From: Candidatus Methylomirabilia bacterium
GTDB lineage: Bacteria; Methylomirabilota; Methylomirabilia; Rokubacteriales; CSP1-6
NCBI GenBank assembly: GCA_041497895.1
Contig: JBGQHJ010000041.1
Span: forward strand, 1 to 31,901
Direction: 5' to 3'
Length of the DNA stretch: 31,901 nt
The number at the start of each line of letters is the position of its first letter. The stretch's first letter is position 1. Positions 8,454 through 18,500 of the stretch are shown piece by piece. The notes beneath the pieces are model-generated. The model was not told the DNA's origin and searched no databases. It saw only the letters and a program-made list of their open reading frames with translations. The position numbers were made by a program, and so were the translations under genes.

Positions 8454-9644
8454 ATGAGCGGACCCGGCGGCAGCCTCGACACCGGCACCGGCTACGGCCG
8501 GCCCCGGCCGTCCTCGATGCACGAGCTGACCGACGTGGGCGCCGGCACGCCGATGGGCGAGCTGCTCCGCCGCTACTGGCACCCGGTGGGTCTCGTGGGC
8601 GAGGCGATCGCGACACCCCGCGCGCTGCGCGTGCTCGGCGAGGACCTCGTGCTCTTCCGCGACGGCCGGGGCCGGCCGGGCCTGGTGACCGCCCGCTGCG
8701 CCCATCGCGGCACCACGCTCGACTACGGCCGCGTGGAGGAGCGCGGCATCCGCTGCTGCTACCACGGCTGGCTCTTCGACGTGGCGGGCCACTGCCTCGA
8801 GCAGCCGTGCGAGCCCGACGGCGGGCGACAGCGCGAGCGCATCCGCCAGCCCTGGTACCCGGTGGCCGAGCGCTACGGGCTGATCTTCGCCTACCTGGGC
8901 CCGCCCGAGCGCAAGCCGGTCCTGCCGCGCTACGACGCGCTCGAGCGCCTGGTCCCGGGGGAGAGCCTCGAGGCGGACGGCAGCAGCATCGGCGGCGGCG
9001 GGCCGATCGTCATCCCCTGCAACTGGCTCCAGCACTACGAGAACCTGATGGACACGCTCCACGTGCCCATCCTGCACGGCTCGTTCAGCGGCCCCCAGTT
9101 CACCGCGCAGATGGGCCTCATGCCGGAGGTGACGTGGGCGATCACCGCGCACGGCGTGAAGGCCACCTCGGACCGGCGGCTGCCCGACGGCACGGTGCAC
9201 CACCGCGTGAGCGAGGCGGTGCTGCCGACGCTGCGGGTGATCCCGAACCCGCGCGTGGCCCAGTACGCGCGGGTCGAGGCCATCGGCTGGGTGCTGCCGC
9301 TGGACGACACGAGCTTCCGCATCTACACCGCGGGCCGCGTGCGGCGGCCGGGCGAGCTCGCGAGCGTGCGCTCGCGTCTCAACGGCAAGCTCTGGGAGGA
9401 GCTGACCGAGGAGGAGCACCAGCGCTTCCCGGGCGACTACGAGGCCCAGGTCGGCCAGGGCCCGGTCGCGCGCCACTCGGAAGAGCACCTGGTGTCGAGC
9501 GATCGGGGCGTGGCCCTGGTGCGGCGCGTGCTGCGGCAGCAGCTCGACGCCCTGGCCGCGGGCCGCGACCCCATCGGGGTCTGCTTCGACGCCGACGCGC
9601 CACCCATCACCTTCGAGGCGGGGAACTTCCTCCATGCTTCCTGA
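8454..9644 (+). CDS. Rieske non-heme iron oxygenase alpha subunit (phthalate 4,5-dioxygenase / LigXa-like clade)
   Basis: GTPMGELLRRYWHP, Rieske motif CAH-x16-CCYH, mononuclear iron motif ENLMDTLHVPILH, C-terminal EHLVSSDRGV. Confidence 0.92.
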   Translation: MSGPGGSLDTGTGYGRPRPSSMHELTDVGAGTPMGELLRRYWHPVGLVGEAIATPRALRVLGEDLVLFRDGRGRPGLVTARCAHRGTTLDYGRVEERGIRCCYHGWLFDVAGHCLEQPCEPDGGRQRERIRQPWYPVAERYGLIFAYLGPPERKPVLPRYDALERLVPGESLEADGSSIGGGGPIVIPCNWLQHYENLMDTLHVPILHGSFSGPQFTAQMGLMPEVTWAITAHGVKATSDRRLPDGTVHHRVSEAVLPTLRVIPNPRVAQYARVEAIGWVLPLDDTSFRIYTAGRVRRPGELASVRSRLNGKLWEELTEEEHQRFPGDYEAQVGQGPVARHSEEHLVSSDRGVALVRRVLRQQLDALAAGRDPIGVCFDADAPPITFEAGNFLHAS

Positions 9645-10383
9645 GCATCCGAGCGGCGACTATCAGTATCTCCCCGGCATCAGCGCGTTCTCGTGCGGCA
9701 CCGTGGCCCGGGCCGGCCACGAGATCGTGCACGTGACCCTGGCCCGGCCGGTGCCGTGGCGCGCGGGCTTCGCGCGGATCGAGCGACACCTGGGCGAGCA
9801 CGGGCGGCCTCGGACCGCGCTCTGCGGCATCGAGCTGCGCAGCCCGGCCGCCTTCACCTTCGACGGGTTCAACCAGTTCAACGCCGGCTACCGGTCGCTT
9901 CTCGCCGAGTGGGGCATCCTGGTGGGCGACGACAACCCGATCCCCCGCACCAACGTGGCCCCGGTGGTGGCCGCGCCGGCGGAGCCGGCGCTGTACGCCT
10001 TCGCCTACACGGTGGCCGGCCAGACCCACGCGCCCACCTTCATCGTGGCGGGCGCCGGCGAGCTCCGCGACCGCGCCCAGGGCCCCGAGGGCATCGTGCG
10101 CCACGGCGACACCTCTCCGGACGGGATGCGCGAGAAGACGCGCTTCGTGCTCCACACCATGCAGGAGCGGCTGCACGCGCTCGGGGCCGACTGGCCCCGG
10201 GTGACCGCGATCGACGTCTACACCGCGCAGCCGATCCACGCCCTGGTGCTGGAGGACATCCTCCACGCCGCGGGCCCCGCCGCCATCCACGGCGTGCGCT
10301 GGTTCCCGAGCCGGCCGCCGATCCAGGGGCTCGAGTTCGAGATGGACCTGCGCGGCGTCGCGCGCGAGCTGGTGCTGTCGTGA
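9634..10383 (+). CDS. CnbZ-like (2-amino-5-chloromuconate deaminase family) protein
   Basis: Recalled family motifs GDYQYLPGI.AFSCG, LCGIELRSP..FTFDGF..FN..Y, NPIPRTNVAP, PTFIVAGAGE, RPPIQGLEFEMDLRGV; overlaps both neighbours. Confidence 0.7.
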   Translation: MLPEHPSGDYQYLPGISAFSCGTVARAGHEIVHVTLARPVPWRAGFARIERHLGEHGRPRTALCGIELRSPAAFTFDGFNQFNAGYRSLLAEWGILVGDDNPIPRTNVAPVVAAPAEPALYAFAYTVAGQTHAPTFIVAGAGELRDRAQGPEGIVRHGDTSPDGMREKTRFVLHTMQERLHALGADWPRVTAIDVYTAQPIHALVLEDILHAAGPAAIHGVRWFPSRPPIQGLEFEMDLRGVARELVLS

Positions 10384-12731
10384 GCGAGCCGATCACCACC
10401 GAGAAGTTTGCCGTCGGCCAGTCGGTGCGCCGGCTCGAGGACCCGCGCCTGCTCCAGGGCCTGGGCCGCTACTCCGACGACGTCGAGGTGCCGCGCCAGG
10501 CCCACGCGGTGGTGATCCGGTCGACCCACGCGCACGCCCGCATCCGCTCCATCGCGGCGGACGCGGCGCGGAAGGCGCCCGGCGTGCTCGCGGTCCTCAC
10601 CGGCGACGATCTGGCCGCCGACGGGCTCGGCAACCTGCCCACCGACGGGGGGCGCAAGCGCCGCGACGGCTCGCCCGCCTTCACCACCCCGCGTCCCGCG
10701 CTCGCGCGGGGCCGGGCGCGCCACGTGGGCGATCCGGTCGCGCTGGTGGTGGCCGAGACCGCGGCCCAGGCGGCCGACGCCGCGGAGCTGGTGACGGTCG
10801 ACTACGAGCCCCTGCCCGCCGCGGTCGGCGCGGCCGCCGCCCTCGCCACCGGCGCGCCGGCGGTGTGGGACGAGGCGCCCGACAACGTGGCCTTCGTCTG
10901 GGAGGCCGGCTCGCGCGAGGCGGTGGCGCGCGCCTTCGCGGGCGCCGCGCACGTCACGCGCCTGGACTTCGTGGTCACCCGCGTGGCCGCGCTACCGATG
11001 GAGCCGCGCGCGGCGGTGGGCGAGTTCGACCGGCGCACCGGCCGCTACACGCTCCACACCGGGATCCAGGCGCCCCACGGCCTGCGCACCCTGCTCGCCG
11101 AGCAGGTCCTCCGCGTGCCGCACGGCCAGGTGCGGGTGGTCACCGGCGACGTCGGGGGCAGCTTCGGGATGCGCAGCGGGATCTACCCGGAGCTGGTACT
11201 GGTGCTCTGGGCCGGCAAGCGCCTCGGGCGGCCGGTGAAGTGGACGTCGAGCCGGCGCGAGAGTTTCCTCTCCGACGAGCACGGCCGCGACAACGTGTCC
11301 TCGGCCGAGCTGGCCCTCGACGCGGGCGGCCGGTTCCTCACCCTGCGGGTCGCCATCAAGCTCGACATCGGCGCCTACCTCACCACGCGCAGCGCGGGGC
11401 CCGGCACCAACAACGTGGGCGGCGTGGCCGGCGTGTACACCACGCCCGCGATCCACGTCGAGACCACCGGCGTCTATACCAACACCACCCCGACCGGGCC
11501 CTACCGCGGCGCGGGCCGGCCGGAGGCGACCTACGCGATCGAGCGGGTGATCGATGTCGCCGCGGCGGAGCTCGGGATCGATCCGGTGGAGCTCCGCCGC
11601 CGCAACCTGATCCCGCCGACCGCGATGCCGTTCAAGACCGGCCTCGTGTTCACCTACGACTGCGGGGAGTTCGAGCGGACCATGGATCTCGCCATGGCCC
11701 TCGGCGACCGCGCCGGCTTCGAGCGGCGCCGGGCCGAGGCGCGCGCGCGCGGCAAGCTCCTGGGCCTGGGGCTCGCCAATCCGATCGAGGTCGCGGGCGG
11801 CCCCTACACCTCGGTGAATCCCGACACCGCGGAGATGCGCGTCAACGCCGACGGCTCGGTCTCGCTCTTCGCGGGCTCCACCTCGATGGGCCAGGGCAAC
11901 GAGACCGCCTTCGCCCAGATCGTGAGCGACCGGCTCGGGCTGGCTCCCGGGCGCATCCAGGTCTTCTGGGGCGACAGCGACGCGCTCGGCGCCGGGCGCG
12001 GCAACGGCGGCTCGGGCGCGGCCTCGGTCGGCGGCTCCGCGGTCCTGCGGGCGACCGAGCGCGTCATCGAGCGCGGCCGCCGTATCGCCGCGCACCTGCT
12101 GGAGGCGGCCCCCGAGGACGTGGCCCTGCGCGACGGCCGCTTCGCGGTGGCCGGCACCGATCGGGGCGTGGCCTGGAACGAGGTGGCGCGCGCCGCCTAC
12201 CAGCCGCGCCAGCTGCCGCCCGGGCTCGAGCCCGGATTCAGCGAGACCGCCGCGTTCACGCCGCCCGCGGTCACCTTTCCCAACGGCTGCCACGTGTGCG
12301 AGGTGGAGATCGACATGGAGACCGGGATGGTGCGGGTGGCCCGCTACGCGGTGGTCGACGACGTGGGCCGGATGATCAACCCGATGCTGGTCAAGGGGCA
12401 GATCCACGGCGGCATCGTCCAGGGCCTGGGCCAGGGCCTGGCCGAGGTGCTCGCCTACGACGACGCGGGCCAGCTCCTGGCCGGCTCGCTCATGGACTAC
12501 GCGATCCCGCGCGCCGACGAGCTGCCGCTCTTCGACGTGGACTCCCACGAGGTCCCGACGCGGGTGAACCCGCTCGGCGCCAAGGGCGTGGGCGAGGCGG
12601 GCACGGTGGGCGCGCTGCCCGCCCTGCTCAACGCGGTCAACGACGCGCTGGCCCCGCTGGGCGTCCGCCACCTCGACATGCCGGTGACGCCCGAGCGCGT
12701 CTGGCGGGCGATGCGGGCGGGCGGCTCCTGA
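10380..12731 (+). CDS. Xanthine dehydrogenase family molybdopterin-binding large subunit
   Basis: GTG start at 10380 overlapping the upstream TGA; FAVGQSVRRLEDPRLLQG, VGGSFGMR, PYRGAGRPE, GQIHGG, NPLGAKGVGEAG; 783 aa. Confidence 0.92.
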   Translation: MSEPITTEKFAVGQSVRRLEDPRLLQGLGRYSDDVEVPRQAHAVVIRSTHAHARIRSIAADAARKAPGVLAVLTGDDLAADGLGNLPTDGGRKRRDGSPAFTTPRPALARGRARHVGDPVALVVAETAAQAADAAELVTVDYEPLPAAVGAAAALATGAPAVWDEAPDNVAFVWEAGSREAVARAFAGAAHVTRLDFVVTRVAALPMEPRAAVGEFDRRTGRYTLHTGIQAPHGLRTLLAEQVLRVPHGQVRVVTGDVGGSFGMRSGIYPELVLVLWAGKRLGRPVKWTSSRRESFLSDEHGRDNVSSAELALDAGGRFLTLRVAIKLDIGAYLTTRSAGPGTNNVGGVAGVYTTPAIHVETTGVYTNTTPTGPYRGAGRPEATYAIERVIDVAAAELGIDPVELRRRNLIPPTAMPFKTGLVFTYDCGEFERTMDLAMALGDRAGFERRRAEARARGKLLGLGLANPIEVAGGPYTSVNPDTAEMRVNADGSVSLFAGSTSMGQGNETAFAQIVSDRLGLAPGRIQVFWGDSDALGAGRGNGGSGAASVGGSAVLRATERVIERGRRIAAHLLEAAPEDVALRDGRFAVAGTDRGVAWNEVARAAYQPRQLPPGLEPGFSETAAFTPPAVTFPNGCHVCEVEIDMETGMVRVARYAVVDDVGRMINPMLVKGQIHGGIVQGLGQGLAEVLAYDDAGQLLAGSLMDYAIPRADELPLFDVDSHEVPTRVNPLGAKGVGEAGTVGALPALLNAVNDALAPLGVRHLDMPVTPERVWRAMRAGGS

Positions 12732-13750
12732 TGCGCGCGCTGGTCCTCGAGCGCTTCGGCGGGCCCTTCGTCGTCAAGGAGGTGCCGACGCCCACCATCG
12801 CGCCGCACGAGGCGCTGGTCCGCGTGCGCAACGTGGGCGTCTGCGGCACCGACGTGAAGATCCGGGCCAACCGCATGGGCCTGGGGGTGATCCCGCTCAT
12901 CATGGGCCACGAGATCGCGGGCGAGGTGGCCGAGGTGGGCGCGGAGGTCCGCGGCTTCGCCCCCGGGGACCGCGTGGTGGTGAATTTCTACCTGACCTGC
13001 GGCCGCTGCCCGTTCTGCCGCGCGGGCCGCGACACGCTCTGTCCCGAGGTGCGCCAGCACGGCTTCAGCATCGACGGCGGCTTCGCGGAGTATCTGAAGA
13101 CGCCCGGCGTCAACCTCTGCAAGGTCCCGGATCACGTCACGCTGGAGGCGGCCTGCATCCTCGGGGACGCGGTCGCCACCTCCTACCACGCGATCACCAA
13201 GCGCGCCCACGTGCGGCCCGGCACCACGGTGGCGCTGGTCGGCGTGGGCGGGGTGGGCCTGCACGCGCTCCAGATGGCGCGGCTGGCCGGCGCGTGGGTG
13301 GTGGCGATCGACGTCAGCGAGGCGCGCCTCGAGCTGGCGCGCACCCTCGGGGCCGACGCGGTGGTGGACGCCCGCCGCGGGCCCTTCCACGACGCGGTGC
13401 GGAAGCTCACCGACGGCCAGGGCGTCGACGTGGTGCTCGAGTTCGTGGCCAACGAGACGACGCTGCCGTCGAGCTACCAGTCGCTCCGGCGCGCGGGCCG
13501 CCTGGTGTTCGTGGGCTACACGCCCCAGCTCCCGCTGCCGGTGATGCCGCACGAGCTGGTGCGCAACGAGCTCGAGATCGTGGGCTCGCGGGCCAACACC
13601 AAGCAGGATCTGCAGGAGACGATGGACCTGGTGGCCCGCGGGCGCATCAAGCCCATCGTCGACCGCGTGCTCCCGCTGGCCGACATCGAGACCGCGTTCG
13701 AGGCCCTCCGCGACGGCCGCCCGCTCGGGCGCAACGTGCTGGCGATCTGA
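12731..13750 (+). CDS. Zinc-dependent alcohol dehydrogenase (MDR family)
   Basis: ATG 12731 overlaps the upstream TGA; GVCGTD, GHEIAG, structural Zn motif CGRCPFC..GRDTLC, GVGGVG Rossmann motif; 339 aa. Confidence 0.93.
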   Translation: MRALVLERFGGPFVVKEVPTPTIAPHEALVRVRNVGVCGTDVKIRANRMGLGVIPLIMGHEIAGEVAEVGAEVRGFAPGDRVVVNFYLTCGRCPFCRAGRDTLCPEVRQHGFSIDGGFAEYLKTPGVNLCKVPDHVTLEAACILGDAVATSYHAITKRAHVRPGTTVALVGVGGVGLHALQMARLAGAWVVAIDVSEARLELARTLGADAVVDARRGPFHDAVRKLTDGQGVDVVLEFVANETTLPSSYQSLRRAGRLVFVGYTPQLPLPVMPHELVRNELEIVGSRANTKQDLQETMDLVARGRIKPIVDRVLPLADIETAFEALRDGRPLGRNVLAI

Positions 13751-13762
13751 GGGGACGAGACC

Positions 13763-14575
13763 ATGCCCTCGATGTTCAACGCGCGCGACGCCGACAGCTA
13801 CGAGCGGATGATGGGGCGCTGGAGCCGCCGCCTGGCGCCGCTCTTCCTCGAGCACGCCGGCGCCGGCGCCGGCGAGCGGCTGCTGGAAGTCGGCTGCGGC
13901 ACGGGCAGCCTGACCTTCACCCTGGCCCGGACGGTCGGCTTCGCCGAGCTGACCGCCATCGACTACGCCGACGTCTACGTCGCGGCGGCCCGGACCCGGA
14001 ACGAAGACCCGCGCATCCACATCGAGCCCGGGGACGCGACCAAGCTCCGCTTCCCCGACGCGCACTTCGATCGCGCGCTGTCGCTCCTGGTCCTGCACTT
14101 CGTCTCCGACCCGGCCGCCGCGGTGGCGGAGATGCGGCGGGTCACGCGGCCGGGGGGCGTGGTCGCGGCGGCGGTCTGGGATTCCGGCGGCGGGATGATC
14201 GCGCTGCGGATGTTCTGGGACACCGCGGCGATGCTGGACCCCGCCGCGGGCGAGCTTCGCGGCCGCGCGATGTCGAAGGCGGTGGTCGGCCCCGATGGGC
14301 TCGCGCGACTCTTTCGCGCGGCGGGCCTCGCGGACGTCGACGAGCGGTCGTTGCTGGTCCGCATGGAGCACGCCGACTTCGCCGACTACTGGGAGCCGCT
14401 CCTCCGTGGCGAGGGCCCGATGGGTAGCTACGTCGCCGGGCTCGGCGAGGAAGAGCGGGCGCGGCTCGAGCGACACCTGCGAGCGGCGTACCTGGCCGGC
14501 GCGCCCGACGGGCCGCGCTCCTACACCGCCGTGGCCTGGTCCTGCCGGGGGGTGGTGCCGGACCCTCACGCGTGA
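13763..14575 (+). CDS. Class I SAM-dependent methyltransferase
   Basis: YERMMGRWS, LLEVGCGTG, GDATKLRFPDAHFD, EMRRVTRPGG; GAGGGG RBS. Confidence 0.9.
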   Translation: MPSMFNARDADSYERMMGRWSRRLAPLFLEHAGAGAGERLLEVGCGTGSLTFTLARTVGFAELTAIDYADVYVAAARTRNEDPRIHIEPGDATKLRFPDAHFDRALSLLVLHFVSDPAAAVAEMRRVTRPGGVVAAAVWDSGGGMIALRMFWDTAAMLDPAAGELRGRAMSKAVVGPDGLARLFRAAGLADVDERSLLVRMEHADFADYWEPLLRGEGPMGSYVAGLGEEERARLERHLRAAYLAGAPDGPRSYTAVAWSCRGVVPDPHA

Positions 14576-15519
14576 AGCGCGGGAAGCACCTCCGCGGTGA
14601 ACCGCTCGAGCTGGGCCTGCTGGTCGTTGCCGATGAAGCGGATGCAGAGGTCGGTGACCCCGGCGGTGGCATAGCGCCGGAGGGTCTCGATCACCACCGG
14701 GGCGGGGCCCAGCCCCATGGCGCCCCGCTCGTGCACGCCGCCCCCGTAGTAGGTGGTCAGGAACTCGGTGGTGATCCGCTGGGCGGTGGGCACGTCGTCG
14801 TCGAGGCGCACCGTCGTGTACACGCAGAGCGGGAAGTCGGCCCGCGCCCGGCCGTGACGCGCGAGGGCCTCCCGCGCCCGCTCGCGGATGACCGGGATCT
14901 CCTCGATGTGCACGTAGGTCGTGATGATGCCGTCGCCGAGGCGCCCGAACCGCTCGAACTGGGCGGGCAGCAGCTCGCCCCGGTTGCCGGCGGTGATGAG
15001 GATGGGCGGGCCCTCGATCCGCCAGGGCAGCGGGCCGATGGTGTGGTCCACCAGGTCCACGTCGTCGCCGTGATGGGTCACCGGCTCGCCGGTCCAGAGC
15101 TTGCGCCAGATCGCGACGTGCTCCTCCAGGCGACGCACCCGGCGCTTGTGGTCGGCGCCGCACGCCGCCCACTCCCGCTCGGCGCTGGGCAGGCTCCAGC
15201 CCACCCCCAGCCCCAGGAGCAGGCGGCCGCGCGAGATCTGGTCCACGTTCGCGAGCTGCTGGGCCAGCACCACCGGGTGGCGCAGCGCGGGCAGCAGCAC
15301 CGCGGTCCCGAGGCGCACCCGCTCGGTGATGCCGGCCAGGTAGGCGAGCGTGGTCACCGCGTCGAGGCGCGGCTTGGCCACCACGCTGTCGCCCACCCAC
15401 ACCGCGTCGTAGCCCGCGCGGTCCGCGTGGCGCGCCATGGCCCAGCACGCCTCGACCGGCGGGCGCCGCGCCGATTCCATCACCGCGCCGCGGGTGGGGA
15501 TCAGGATGCCGATGTTCAT
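14566..15519 (-). CDS. LLM-class flavin-dependent oxidoreductase
   Basis: GYDAVWVGDS, TERVRLGTAVL.PALRHPV, SRGRLLLGLGVGW, GRLGDG; ATG overlaps the putA stop. Confidence 0.9.
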   Translation of the reverse strand: MNIGILIPTRGAVMESARRPPVEACWAMARHADRAGYDAVWVGDSVVAKPRLDAVTTLAYLAGITERVRLGTAVLLPALRHPVVLAQQLANVDQISRGRLLLGLGVGWSLPSAEREWAACGADHKRRVRRLEEHVAIWRKLWTGEPVTHHGDDVDLVDHTIGPLPWRIEGPPILITAGNRGELLPAQFERFGRLGDGIITTYVHIEEIPVIRERAREALARHGRARADFPLCVYTTVRLDDDVPTAQRITTEFLTTYYGGGVHERGAMGLGPAPVVIETLRRYATAGVTDLCIRFIGNDQQAQLERFTAEVLPALHA

Positions 15520-18500
15520 GCGCTCGTCTCCTCCATGACGTTGCCGTAGCGGTGCACGGTGCGCGAGATCGCCTGCTCGCGGAGATACGCGCGCAGCTCG
15601 AGCCGGCCGGTGGCGAGGACCGGCGCGTCGAGGACCACGACGCCGGCGGCGTGGGCCGCCGCGCGCGCCTCGCGCGAGAGTAGCACGAGCGCGCGCAGGC
15701 GCTCGGCGCCGCCCGGAGCGAGCCGCGCGAGGAGCCCGGCCTCGGGCTCGACCCCGATCGTGACGTCGGCGTCCTCGCCCGGCCAGGCCGCGGGCTCACC
15801 CTCCGCCAGGCTCAGCTCGAGAGGGACGCCGCACGTGCGCGCGGCGAGCAGCACCTGGGCGAGCGCGAGCCGCCCGGCCGGCGTGGCCGCCTCGCCGCGC
15901 ACGAGCACGCGGCGGCACGGGCGGTAGCGGAGCACGTTGCGCTCGCCCAGCAGGGGCACCGGCGCGTGCTCGCGCCCGAAGTGCTCGCGCCAGGCGTGCG
16001 CGTAGCTGGCCGCGGCGGCGCGTAGGGTGGCCGCCGCCTCGCCGGGCTCCACCGCCGCGAGGCAGCGGTCCAGCAGCGCCTCGACCGCGGGCGAGAGCGG
16101 CGCGCCCAGGACCGGCCGCGCGACCTGGCACCAGTGACCGAGCTGGGCCACGTAGTTCGGCCCGCCCGCCTTGGCCCCCGGCCCCACCGACGAGGCCTTC
16201 CAGCCGCCGAAGGGCTGCCGGGCCACGATGGCCCCGGTGATGTGCCGGTTGACATAGAGGTTGCCGGCCTCGATGCGGTCCTGCCAGCGCGCGATCTCGC
16301 GGTCGTCCAGGGACTGGATCCCGCTCGTGAGCCCGAACGGGATCTCGTTGACGAGCGCGATGGCCTCGTCGAGATCCACCGCGCGCATGAGCCCCAGCAC
16401 CGGCCCGAAGCATTCCGTCAGATGGAAGACGGAGCCGCGGCGGACGCCCAGCTTGATGCCGGGCGACCAGAGCGGCGCTTCCCCGGCCACCGCGCGCGGC
16501 TCGAGCAGCCATTCCTCGCCCGGGTCGAGCGTGGTGAGGGCGCGGCGCAGCGCCTCGCCCGGGGGCTGCGTGAGCGGGGTGATGCGGCTCGCCGGGTCCC
16601 ACGCGCTCCCGACCGCGAGGCTCTCCGCTGCGTCGCGGAGCTGGCGGCGGAAGGCGGGGTCGTCGTACACCTCCGCCAGGCAGATGGCGAGGCTGGCCGC
16701 CGAGCACTTCTGGCCGTCGTGGCCGAAGGCCGAGCGGACCAGGTCGCGGATGGCCTGGTCGCGATCCGACAGCGCGGTGACGATCATCGCGTTCTTGCCG
16801 CTCGTCTCCGCGAAGAGCGCCAGGTCCGGCCGCCAGCCGAGGAAGCGGCGCGCCGTCTCCACCGCGCCGGTGAGGATGACGCCGTCCACCCGCGGATCGG
16901 TGACGAGATCGCGGCCGACCTCGTCGTCGCGGAGCGGCACGAGCTGGAGCGCCTCGCGCGGGATGCCCGCGTCCCAGAGCGCGCGGGCCAGGTGCCAGCC
17001 GACCAGTACCGCCTCGGGCGCGGGCTTGAGCAGCACCGCGTTGCCGGCGGCCAGCGCGGCCAGCACCCCGCCCGCCGGGATCGAGAGCGGGAAGTTCCAG
17101 GGCGGCGCCACCATGACCACGCCGAGCGGCTCCATGCGGGCGCCGTCCGCCGCGTCGCCCGGGCCGAGCGCGCGCGCGTAGTAGCGGGCGAAGTCGATCG
17201 CCTCGGAGACCTCGGAGTCCGCCTCGGCCACCGTCTTGGCGCCGTCGACGATCATGGCGCCGATCAGGTCGCCCCGCCGGCGGGCGAGCATCGCCGCCGC
17301 GCCGTCGATGAGTGCGCGCCGCTCTGCCGGGGGCCGGTCGGCCCAGGCCGCCTGCGCGACGCGGGCCGCGTCGAGCGCCCGGCCGAGCTGCGCGCGATCG
17401 GCGAGCCCGTGGCGATAGGCGACGCGCTCCGGCCGGGAGCGGTCGCGGCCCTCCGCCTGGCCGGCTCCCGCGATCAGCTCGCCCGCGATCTGGAGCGGCA
17501 CGCTCTCGGGCGGACGCTCGCGCCAGGCCTCCCTCACCCGCTCGATCCAGTCACGATTGGCGGGCAGCGCCCAGTCGGTGTCCGGCTCGTTCCGGAACGG
17601 GGCCGCGAGATCGGCGGCGGCCGCGCCGGGCTCGACCGCGCGGTCCTGGGTCCGGCGCGGCGTGTCCGACAGGTCGGCGTCGAGCCGGTCGAAGGCCGCG
17701 AGGAACCGGTCGCGCTCGAGCACCCAGTCGGGCGAGCCGGGCTCGAGCCCGAACACGTGGCGGAGGAAGTTGTCCGGCGCGGTGTTCTCGTCGAGCCGCC
17801 GCACCAGGTAGGCGATCGCGCTGTGGAAGTCCTCGGCCCGCACCACCGGCGCGTAGAGCAGCAGGCCACCCGCGCGCGCCTGCACCACCCGCGCCTGGTG
17901 ATTGGCCATGCCCTCGAGCATCTCGAACTCCACCCAGCGCTCGATGCCCGCCTCCGCGCGGAGCAGCAGGCCGTAGGCCACGTCGAAGAGGTTGTGGCTG
18001 GCGATGCCGAGGTGCACCGCGTGCGCGTGCTCGGGCCGGCAGCCGTACTCGACCATCCGCTTGAAGTTGGCGTCGACCTCGCCCTTCACCGCGTAGGGCG
18101 CCTGGGGCCAGCCGTGCAGGTCCGCCTCGATCCGCTCCATCGCGAGGTTGGCGCCCTTGACGATGCGCAGCTTGATCGGCGCGCCCCCGCGCTCGGCCCG
18201 GGCGAGGGCCCAGGCCACGAGCGTCCGCTGCGCGCGGTGCGACTCCGGGAGATAGGCCTGCAGCACGATGCCGGCCGGCAGGGCGTGGAACTCGCCCTCG
18301 TCCAGCACCTCGCGGAACGCGGCGACGGTGAGGTCGAGGTCGCGGTACTCCTCCATGTCGAGGTTGACGAACTTGGGCGTGACCCGCCCGTCCGGGTGAC
18401 GGTACTGATGCCGCTGCGCCTGGCGGTAGAGGGTGCGCAGCCGGTCCTTCACCACCTCCACGGTGTGACGGAACGCGGTGAGGTCGATCTGGCTCGACAC

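Noticed and set aside
9693..10379. 229-aa N-terminal extension on the second molybdoenzyme, suggesting a fusion
   Set aside because: It overlaps the CnbZ-like gene in another frame and is low-complexity; family similarity begins at GTG 10380.
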